This document shows positions 1 through 10,207 of a stretch of DNA of 64,000 bases, piece by piece. The stretch is from Eledone cirrhosa (taxonomy: Eukaryota), in NCBI GenBank assembly GCA_964016885.1, contig OZ024758.1, positions 39,804,001-39,868,000 on the forward strand, given 5' to 3'. A program made the translations under genes and the position numbers. Numbering within the stretch: the first letter of the stretch is position 1; every line of letters starts with the position of its first letter. The notes beneath the pieces were generated by a model. It searched no databases. It worked only from the letters and a program-made list of their open reading frames with translations, and was not told the origin of the DNA.

Positions 1-16
1 TTATGCCCTATCGCGC

Positions 17-1300
17 ATGGAGCTTAACGCAATCCACACCACTGCCACTATCGACCACCAGAAGATTGCAGCGGATCAACAGAATGACGAGGAACTGCTG
101 CAACTCCGGAAATCATCCTTGAAATTGAAGGAATGCCTGCTGCCCTCTTCTTCGGGTTATATTTGGTGTGACATCTCCACAGGCCGCGAGCGCCCATACG
201 TGCCCCGGAAACATCGACGCGACGTTTTCTCGACACTGCATGCTCTGGTACATCCTGGCGTCCGCGCCACGCAGAAACTGATGGTTGCCCGCTTTGTGTG
301 GCCCAACATCAACAAGGACACCCGCGAATGGGCTAGGAACTGCATCGCGTGCCAGAAGGCGAAAATTCACCGGCACATCAAAGCCCCGATCGCAACACCT
401 GATGCACGGTTCCAACATGTGCATATAGACATAGTTGGACCTTTGCCTCCTTCTCAAAACTACACTCATCTTCTCACCTGTGTCGACCGATTTTCTCGCT
501 GGCCAGAAGCTTTTCCCCTGACGGATATTACTGCGGAAACTGTCGCCAAAACGTTAGTGTTTCACTGGGTTTCACGTTTCGGCACACCCGCGACCATCAC
601 TACGGATAGAGGACGTCAGTTCGATTCGAATCTATTTACCGAGCTGACTCGTCTCCTCGGGTGCAAACACATCCGTACAACAGCGTATCACCCTGCCGCT
701 AACGGCATGGTAGAACGCTTACACCGCCAGCTAAAGTCATCTATCAAGGCTTACGAAGACTCCACTAACTGGTTCGAATACCTCCCACTCATTCTTCTTG
801 GTATTCGTTCCACTGTTAAAGAGGGAGTCGAACATTCTCCGGTTGAAATGGTGTATGGCACCGTACTCACTCTACCCGGACAAATGATCACTCCTGTTTC
901 GCCACAAGAACTTCCAGACCCTACAAAATATGTGCACCGTTTACGGTCATCAATGTCGCATCTGTCTCCTTCAGCCCCTAAACAGCACGTTACTTCACAC
1001 ATACCAAAAGACATCGATACATGGACGCATGTTTTCGTTAGAAATGACGGTATTCCATCGCAACTTCGTCCGCCGTATTCCGTCCGGGCCCTACAAGGTG
1101 ATACAGAAATGCCCTAAGTATTTCGTCCTCGACTTGAACGGGAAGCGAAATACCGTCTCCATTGATCGTTTAAAAAAAGCGTTCATAGAACAGGAATTGC
1201 CACCAGTACCCACCGTTTCTACAGCAGACTCACCAACAATTTTGCCCGACACAAACACGGAAAATTCTGCACACCAAATCCGGAAGAACAGTCCGATGGC
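17..1300 (+). mobile_element. Ty3/Gypsy LTR retrotransposon pol remnant (integrase), frameshifted near 1080
   Basis: ORF 17..1117 has the H2C2 zinc-binding motif (HALVH...CIAC) and rve DDE core (HIDIVG, TTDRG, MVER). The C-terminal 'GPYKV...VSIDRLK' continues in the frame of ORF 930..1370. Confidence 0.92.
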
Positions 1301-2513
1301 CCACGCCATGGGATACGTACAAGTTTATCGGGTAAGTACAAATTATGCATCTGGTCGACATTTTGGCTAATTTGTACATTTCAACGAATCGGCCAATTTC
1401 TGTGGTCATGAACTATTGCTACACACAAATCAATTAACTCTGTGCATCACCCACATCAAAAGAACAGACAAAAGAACATTTTTCTGTTTCTATGAAATGA
1501 ACAAACTTTTAATCAACAAACTTTTCGTACGAACATTTTCAATATTATGTAACATCACAGTACATTTTCCTGAATGTAAATTTCTTTTGCTTTGCATGTT
1601 TTCTTCCATGTCTCCTGTTTGTAAATGACTTTCGTGTGTTTTTTTATTTTTACTGATTTTCTTCAACAACACACCTAGTCATACCTATCTTTATTTCACA
1701 TGCACCTAGATCGTTCAATCTTAACTTGTTTACGCTCAAGAGACTAATCCCTTGGGAGAGGCTAAACGCAGATCAGAGGTGTTTACGCCTGACAGAAAAT
1801 AGGTCAGAGGATATATCCATCTTTATGACTTGTTTACGCTTGTCAAACTAATCCCTTGGGAGACTAACCAAAGTTTAGAGGATATATCTATCCTTCTAAA
1901 TTCTACTCTTATAAAGACAGGGATTGTTTACGCCAAAAACAGAAAAGAAGTGGGATACAGACAAGACAAGACGTTTTACAAGCTCTCGTCACGAAAAACC
2001 AGTCTATCACTTATTCTCACCTTCCTGGCTGATCGCTGACTCCTGCAATACAAATAAGTAAATATACTGATACGCCGCACACACGCATTCATAGTGAGTC
2101 CAGCATTTGTACACGTATCATTCATTTCTGTTTACACGTATTATAATCGTATTCTGTGATATTTGAATTTACGTGGCTCGAAGAGCCACCAAATTATTGT
2201 ATGAATATTTTGTGTCAATTATTTTATCATTCAATATTCAAATTGAATATTGTTGTAATAAAATAAACTTTGTAACAACACTCCTGGTATTTTTCTTTAC
2301 ACCGAAACCACCATACCAACAGTTACATCCATCCATCCACTTGTCGTTACAACCACACATAATATTCCGTTACACCTCCGTCTATATTTCAACCACTGGA
2401 ACAACCTCACACAAGAAACAGTTGTCGCACCCTCAGTCAACATTTTAATGTCAAACATCGAAATAAATGTTATGAGTGTATATAGATAGATGTATATTGT
2501 GTGTGTATATATA

Positions 2514-2665
2514 CAGTAATCCCCCGCTATATTGCGGTTCACTTTTCGCGGTCCCGTTACATCGCGGATATTTCTTTGGAACGTATCTAATTTCCTATCG
2601 CGGTAATCCTCGCCACATCGCGGATTATTCGTTAGAACATATCTATTTTCTTATCGCGGTACGTC
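2514..2665. mobile_element. Tc1/mariner-pogo-like DNA transposon end fragment
   Basis: TA followed by CAGTAATCCCCCGCTATATTGCGG with repeated ATCGCGG subterminal motifs. No partner TIR found. Confidence 0.4.
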
Positions 2666-2875
2666 TGAGTAAAAAGTGTTTAAAATTTAAACTTATTAAA
2701 TAAGTTTCGATGTTATTAAAGAGTATATCGTAAGGAAGGGACATCTTAAGGCTTTAATTATGAACAAATTTTTATATTTTCATTCCATTATTGTTTTACT
2801 GATTGTGTTTTGCTCTAATCTACTACAAACAATTCATAGATTGGTCTCTCTGTAACATGGTTGTTTCTGGAACGT

Positions 2876-3066
2876 ATCATGGCTTAGTGGTTAAAGCATT
2901 GGGCTTGCAATCTAAAGGTTGTGAGTTCGATTCTCGGACAGGGTGTTGTGTTGTGTCCTTGAGCAAGACACTTTATTTCACGTTACTCCAGTTTACTCAG
3001 CTGTAGAAATGAGTTGTGATGTCACTGGTGCCAAGCTATATCAGTCATAACCTTTCTCTTGGACAT
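2876..3066 (+). mobile_element. tRNA-derived SINE
   Basis: A-box TGGCTTAGTGG and B-box GAGTTCGATTC, then core 'GTCCTTGAGCAAGACACTTTATTTC'. Related copies at ~22340, ~42055, ~51765. Confidence 0.85.
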
Positions 3067-3111
3067 ATATATAGTGTATATATACTGTACACAGTGTATA
3101 TATATCTATAT

Positions 3112-4640
3112 CATCATCACTGTTTTACGTCCCTTCTTCCATGGTAGTATGGGTTAGACAGGTTGTCCTGTTGTGGGCAGTGCCAGATAGGGTGACCTTG
3201 TCTTGCTCAGATGGGAACCGATTTTGGCTTGATTTCTACAGCTGGATGCCCTTCCTAACACCAACCTCACAGTGAGTGATGGGTGTTTTTTTGTTGTGAC
3301 ACCTCCACGGCCACTTTACAGTGGGAGGGGGTGGGGCATATTGTCTATGTGCTTCAGCTTGTACCCAGGGGCTACAACACAACCTCCTCTGCTGCACGCA
3401 GCATTTGATTCCTCTTATGTTCAGTCTCTCTCTCAATTTGTTAATGCTTTACCGTTCGCGTATATTACTATTACACGTCCATCGGAGCATGCAAGCTTCG
3501 TTTCTTTCTAATCTACGCAAGTCTTCTACAGACAGTGCCCAGGTCTCACTACCATGTAGCATTGCTGTTCGTATGCACGTATCATACTGTCTGCCTTTCA
3601 TTTTGAGGGAAAAGCCTTTTGCAGCTAGCAGTGGCAGTAGCTCCCTAAACTTCTTCAATCCTGTTACTGTACTTTCAGAACACCCACCTCCGCTGCTCCT
3701 TTCGTCACCTAGGTAGCAAAAGCAGTCTACTGTTTCTACAGATCTCTCCCAGAGTTTGGTGGTGCTTGTTTCTTTAGTTCTGCCATAGATTCAGCTATAA
3801 GTCTAAGATCATCCGCATATAGGAGTTCCTATGGGCATCAGGTCTTAAACTCCTCTGTTATAGCCTGCAATACTATTATAAACAGAAGAAGGTTAAGAAC
3901 AGAGCCCTGGTGTACACCGACCTGTATGCTACATTCCTCGCTATAGTAATTGTTAACTCTAACTTTGCTGACTGCTCCCCTATACATGGCTTGTACAGCT
4001 TTCACAAGCCACTAATCTACTCTTAGTTTTCTAAGAGCCCACCAGATTATAGCACGGAGCACTCTGTTGAAGAATTTTTCCATATCGACAAGAGCCAGGT
4101 AGAGCGGCTTGCTTTTAGCTAGGTACTTTACCTGTAACTGCCTCACAAGGAAGAGAGCATCAGTGGTGCTTTTTCCTGGCACAAGCCCAAACTGCATCTC
4201 ACCTAGTTTTACCCACTCCCTGATCAACTGTGCTATGACTCTTTCGATTACTTTCATGACCTGGTCCATCAGCTTCATACCTCTATAGTTTATTCTATCT
4301 AGTGCATCTACTTTACCCTTGTAGCAGTTGACGATGCTGCTGCTGCACCAATCCTTTGGTATGACACCCTCTAGTATTACCTGGTTAACAATATGTGTGG
4401 TTATTACTTTATCTACCGATTTGTCAGCTAATAGTATACCTACACCACCCATCCCATTGTCATTTCCCACCCAGAAAAATTTATAGCACTAACTTTTGCC
4501 TACAAGGACTCTAGCGAACTCTCCTCTCCACCTAGTCTCTTGCACACAGCATACGTCAATATCCTTTCACTCTAGCATGTCTATAATTTCTCCTTCCCTT
4601 CCTTTCATTGTGCTTATGTTGATGCTGCCGACTCAGAGTT
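3112..4640 (-). mobile_element. Degenerate RTE-clade LINE (APE/RT fragments with internal deletions) plus RTE-type 3' tail
   Basis: Minus-strand fragments 'QFGLVPGKSTTDA', 'LYADD' (~3810-3825) and 'MLHGSETW...MLRW'. (GAT)n tail near 3112. Confidence 0.88.
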
Positions 4641-5334
4641 TTGGACATTTGCCATCATTTGTGGGAAAAGGTGAATTTTTGCAGGGGAGTGTGTATGCTT
4701 CCTGTCTCTGAATTAAAGCTTTGCATGGGTGCTTGGTAACTCGCAGATTCATATTCATTTATTTATTCGGGGTTGTTCCATTTATCCTTCGCTCCTCCAT
4801 ACATAACAGTAATCAAGTATACTTTGGTGCAGGGCTAGAAGGACAGTAGTAATAATGGCAGAGTTTGTTGGGGCTGGTAACGGCTAGAAGGACAGTAGTA
4901 ATAATGGCAAAGTTTGTTGGGGCTGGTAATGGGTAAGGACATGTTGCTGTGGTTTGATTGGTCAAATAGCCAATGGTGGTGAGTGGGAAATTGTGAGATA
5001 GGTAGCCATCATGACATATATCATCACAGGAGATTCGGGGGAAATAAGCAGATATAAGTAGGCATATTAGACAAGGCAGATATGCAAGAATTTCGAAGAT
5101 TGTCACCTAGCTTTGAGAGAAAGGAGAGGTAATTGCAGGGGTTAGGGATGAGTTTGTAGAGAAAGACACAGTGTCCAACATGGTTTATATCAAAAACAAG
5201 GTCGAAGTATATACATTGTGGAAACAAGTCAATGATAATAATAATGTAAACAGAACATTTTGAAATTGGGGAAGAGAGATAGCTGTAGAATAGAAATAAT
5301 CTATGGAAGTCTGGGATATAAGTTATATATATAT

Positions 5335-5655
5335 GTTGTGATGTCACTGGTGCCAAGCTGTATCAGCCATTGCCTTTCCCTTGGACAACATATATAGCAT
5401 ATAATATATATTGTACACATCGTATATATAATATATATATTGTGTATATATACTGTAGACAGTGTATATATGATATATATATAGTATATATATATGTAGT
5501 GATGTTACTGGTACCAAGCTGTATCAGCCATTACCTTTCCCTTGGACAACATCGGTGGCGTGGAGAGGGTAGACTGGTATACTTGGGTGACTGCTGGTCT
5601 TCCTCAAACAACTGGACTTGTGCCTCAGAGGGGAACTTTCTAGTTGCAAATCACA
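5335..5655 (+). mobile_element. SINE 3' portion, partly duplicated around a TA-rich tract
   Basis: 'GATGTCACTGGTGCCAAGCTGTATCAGCC...TTGGACAACA' at ~5340 and ~5500 matches the SINE body at ~3018. Confidence 0.7.
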
Positions 5656-5822
5656 TGGTCATTCTTGACCGACAGAGGTCTTCGATATGTTAGGTTTGTA
5701 TATATAGATGTGAATTGATGTCCATGTGGGAGTCATTGATACCAATACTAGGGATGGCTGGTCTTCTATATTACTGTATAACACCAAAGATCTCGATCCT
5801 GTGTCATTGTCTTTGAGAAGTG

Positions 5823-7716
5823 CAATTGTGTGAGGTCAGCTTTTATCACCTCATCCCAGGTCTTCCTACTCTATAGCTTCCATCAATTGTGTGAAGTCAG
5901 CTATTATCACCTCATCCCAGGTCTTCCTACTCCATAGCTTCCATCAATTGTGTCAGGTCAGCTTTTATCACCTCATCCCAGGTCTTCCTACTCTATAGCT
6001 TCCATCAATTGTGTCAGGTTAGCTATTATCACCTTATCCCAGGTCTTCCTACTTCATAGCTTCCATCAATTGTGTGAGGTCAGCTGTTATCACCACATCC
6101 TAGGTCTTCCTACTCTATAGCTTCCATCAATTGTGTGAGCTCAACTTTTATCACCTCATCCTAGGTCTTCCTACTTCATGGCTTCCATCAATTGTGTGAA
6201 GTCAGCTTTTATCACCTCATCCCAGGTCTTCCTACTTCATAGCTTCCATCAATTGTGTGAGGTCAGCTTTTATCACCTCAAACTAGGTCTTCCTACTTCA
6301 TAGCTTCCATCAATTGTGTCAGGTCAGCTTTTTCACCTCATCCCAGGTCTTCCTACTTCATAGCTTCCATCAATTGTGTGAAGTCAGCTTTTATCACCTC
6401 AGACTAGGTCTTCCTACTCTATAGCTTCCATCAATTGTGTGAGATCAGCTTTTATCACCTCATCCCAGGTCTTCCTACTCCATAGCTTCCATCAATTGTG
6501 TGAGGTCAGCTTTTATCACCTCATCCCAGGTCTTCCTACTTCATAGCTTCCATCAATTGTGTCAGGTCACCTTTTATCACCTCATCCCAGGTCTTCCTAC
6601 TTCATAGCTTCCATCAATTGTGTCAGGTCACCTTTTATCACCTCATCCTAGGTCTTCCTACTCTATAGCTTCCATCAATTGTGTGAGGTCAGCTATTATC
6701 ACCTCATCCCAGGTCTTCCTACTTCATAGCTTCCATAAATTGTGTCAGGTCACCTTTTATCACCACATCCCAGGTCTTCCTACTTCATAGCTTCCATCAA
6801 TTGTGTCAGGTCAGCTTTTATCACCTCATCCCAGGTCTTCCTACTCTATAGCTTCCATCAATTGTGTCAGGTTAGCTATTATCACCTTATCCCAGGTCTT
6901 CCTACTTCATAGCTTCCATCAATTGTGTGAGGTCAGCTGTTATCACCACATCCTAGGTCTTCCTACTCTATAGCTTCCATCAATTGTGTGAGCTCAACTT
7001 TTATCACCTCATCCTAGGTCTTCCTACTTCATGGCTTCCATCAATTGTGTGAAGTCAGCTTTTATCACCTCATCCCAGGTCTTCCTACTTCATAGCTTCC
7101 ATCAATTGTGTGAGGTCAGCTTTTATCACCTCAAACTAGGTCTTCCTACTTCATAGCTTCCATCAATTGTGTCAGGTCAGCTTTTTCACCTCATCCCAGG
7201 TCTTCCTACTTCATAGCTTCTATCAATTGTGTGAAGTCAGCTTTTATCACCTCAGACTAGGTCTTCCTACTCTATAGCTTCCATCAATTGTGTGAGATCA
7301 GCTTTTATCACCTCATCCCAGGTCTTCCTACTCCATAGCTTCCATCAATTGTGTGAGGTCAGCTTTTATCACCTCATCCCAGGTCTTCCTACTTCATAGC
7401 TTCCATCAATTGTGTCAGGTCACCTTTTATCACGTCATCCCAGGTCTTCCTACTTCATAGCTTCCATCAATTGTGTCAGGTCACCTTTTATCACCTCATC
7501 CTAGGTCTTCCTACTCTATAGCTTCCATCAATTGTGTGAGGTCAGCTATTATCACCTCATCCCAGGTCTTCCTACTTCATAGCTTCCATAAATTGTGTGA
7601 GGTCACCTTTTATCACCTCATCCCAGGTCTTCCTACTTCATAGCTTCCATCAATTGTGTCAGGTCACCTTTTATCACCTCATCCCAGGTCTTCCTACTTC
7701 ATAGCTTCCATCAATT
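5823..7716. repeat. 61-bp tandem array (~31 units) with 853-bp higher-order period
   Basis: Unit caattgtgtgaggtcagcttttatcacctcatcccaggtcttcctacttcatagcttccat. Variant units recur 853 bp apart (6011 vs 6864). Confidence 0.97.
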
Positions 7717-7817
7717 TTATAAAATACTTGAAAAAAACTTAGAAAAAATGTTAATCAAAATCAAAATTTAATCCCAAAGAGAGGAAATTGGAACATTATC
7801 CACTGAAAGTTGCTTAA

Positions 7818-8024
7818 CCCTTTAGTGTCCAAACCAGCCAAAACCGGCCAGAATTCTCTACCTCTTTCTGTTGAAACTGGCTGTAACTGGTCGCTCAGAC
7901 TGATGTTAAGGTATTGTTCTCAAAATAAATACTTTCAAAATCTGATAGATTCAATATTATGTGAGATAAAGCCTTTACCATGAAAATATAATAGTATATA
8001 TAAAATAATGTGAATGCTAAAGGG
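7818..8024. mobile_element. piggyBac-type MITE
   Basis: TTAA-CCCTTTAG ... CTAAAGGG-TTAA. Confidence 0.85.
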
Positions 8025-8028
8025 TTAA

Positions 8029-8406
8029 CCCTTTAACATTTAAACCGGCAATAACTGGCCAGAGTTCTGTCCTCTTTTTCTTTTTAAACCACCCGTAACT
8101 GGCCACTCATACTGATGTTAAAGTATTGTTCTCAATATAAATAATATCAGATTCGATATTATGTGAGGTAAAGACTTTACCATGGAAATATAATAGTATA
8201 TATAGAGTAATGTAAATGTTATGTGAGATAAAGACATTACCATGGAAATATAATAGTATATATAGAGTAATGTAAATGTTATGTGAGATAAAGACATTAC
8301 CATGGAAATATAATAGTATATATAGAGTAATGTAAATGTTATGTGAGATAAAGACATTACCATGGAAATATAATAATATATATAGAGTAATGTAAATGTT
8401 AAAGGG
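8029..8406. mobile_element. piggyBac-type MITE with an internal 60-bp tandem expansion (x4)
   Basis: TTAA-CCCTTTAAC ... GTTAAAGGG-TTAA, sharing the TTAA at 8025-8028 with the previous copy. 60-bp units at 8161-8400. Confidence 0.85.
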
Positions 8407-9020
8407 TTAAACCCTGAAGTAAGGACTTTTAGGTCCCGAAATATTGGACAGATAAAAGAACAACAACAAAAAAACAAAACAAAGATTACCAGGTAACTTT
8501 TACTTTTCCTTACCTCATCTTATTGTCCATTTTGCATTGTTTAGCCTTCTATCTCTTTCAACGTTATATTTTATATAGAATGCTTTAAACAAACTACAAC
8601 ATTTAATTATATATCATCATCATCATCTTCAATTAACGTCCATCTTCCACACTAGCATGGGTTAGACGGGTCCCATTTAGAGGCAAGTGTGGGCTGGATG
8701 TTTTTTTGCTGTCTTCTACACGTCCAGTGTGGGTGAGATATATATATATGTATATATCATCACCATTTAGCGTCCATTTTTCCATTCTTGCATGGGTTAG
8801 ACGCTCTAGCGTAACTAGCGGGGGGGGGCGACCCCCCCCCCCCGGCTTTCCTCTCGGTCTAGGTGGGCCCCCTAGGCTATAATTCTAAACACATAACTTA
8901 TTACACATGTAATTACGAATCCTTAACTACAACAACTTAAAGAAAACCCTTAATCTCTAATAAGACTAGAAGTTAAGACCAATTTCTTGTTTATTTAAAG
9001 AATATAATATTTCGGATAAA

Positions 9021-9266
9021 ATGGCAACTGCATCTAAAAAATGTGTGGAGAATATTCAGTGGAATAAAAGCGTTACATTTTTTTTATTTGCTTTCTCCAC
9101 ATCTTATTTAGTTGAGTCAGGTTTCAGTCGGGTTATGCATCTGCTTTCAAAAAGTGGAAATCGCCTTGATATAGAAAGAAGAGGTGGTTTACGACTCTCT
9201 CTAACGGCTTTGACACCAAACATTGACAAATTAGTAGCCTTGCCTCAATCACAGGGATCTCATTAA
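9021..9266 (+). pseudogene. C-terminal fragment of a Buster/Charlie (ZBED5/SCAND3-like) hAT transposase
   Basis: 'FSTSYLVESGFS...RLDI..RGGLRLSLT.LTPNIDKLV...QSQGSH*' matches the Buster-type C-terminus. Confidence 0.75.
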
Positions 9267-10207
9267 AAACCGATTGTTATATTCTTTGATTTGTAAATAT
9301 ATATAAATGATTTGATATCTAAATTCTATATTATTCTATTTGTTTGAAATGTTGTAATACATGCTTATGTTAATCTCGATACTCAGGTTTTTAACCTAAT
9401 ATTTAATTAAAAGTATAATTATGCATGAGTATATACACACAAATATATATTTAGTTGGAATAAAATATAATGAACTTTCTAAAGTTGTAACTTGGTATCT
9501 GACATTCTGCTGTCCTTAAATATTCTGTCCAGAACTTTGACCTAATTGTCTTCCTCTATTGTAACACCCCTCCTCATCCTCTAACTGCTTTCCATTGAAT
9601 TTCATCTTTTATCTCCTTTTCAGCCGATGGATTTTGTTGATTTAGAAACCAGCCAATGAATACCATCGGTCAATATTCCTTTATATTTTGATATGTTTTT
9701 TATTCTTGTAATAAAATTAGTTTTCATTCAACACTGACGATAGAGAGCGGATGGAGGTATGTTGTATTTTCTTTGTATAATTTGTAAAATATAAAATATA
9801 TATATATATATCTTAATGAAAATACACATGCCAATATCTGATCCCTTGAAACGATCGTCTGTTAAAGTGTAAATCAATATTAATAGGAAGAACATGTTCT
9901 TTGTTTAATTTTTCATTGTTTTTCAATGTCTTATTTTGACTCTGTCTTCCAATTGTTTTACATTATTAATTAACTACATGTATTTTTTATGATTTTTCCA
10001 CATTTGGATTACATTGAGTTCTCTATACGGATTCGACACTACCGTTTACTCCGGTAGATTAATCTGTTATATATATATATTTCCTGGACTTTTGCTCTAT
10101 GTTTTGTTTTTCGTCGATTATTTGACGTGTTTTACATTCTTCGGTGTTGAATATCAAATCAAGCGAATTGCATTATTCCAACTGTGTCAATATAGTGCTC
10201 ATTAAGA

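Noticed and set aside
1401-2277. Possible LTR (TG...CA, AATAAA near 2257, short internal repeats, hairpin GTGGCTCGAAGAGCCAC)
   Set aside because: No polypurine tract, TSD or second copy visible, so it cannot be supported.
2876-2945. tRNA gene (also ~42055)
   Set aside because: A/B boxes continue into a repeated SINE core and there is no complete cloverleaf.
5823-7716. CRISPR-like appearance of regular repeats (also 22664-23887 and 38440-39156)
   Set aside because: Units are head-to-tail with no unique spacers, there are no cas genes, and the context is eukaryotic.
8118-8477. 119-aa ORF with repeated hydrophobic segments
   Set aside because: Translation of the 60-bp repeat inside a MITE.
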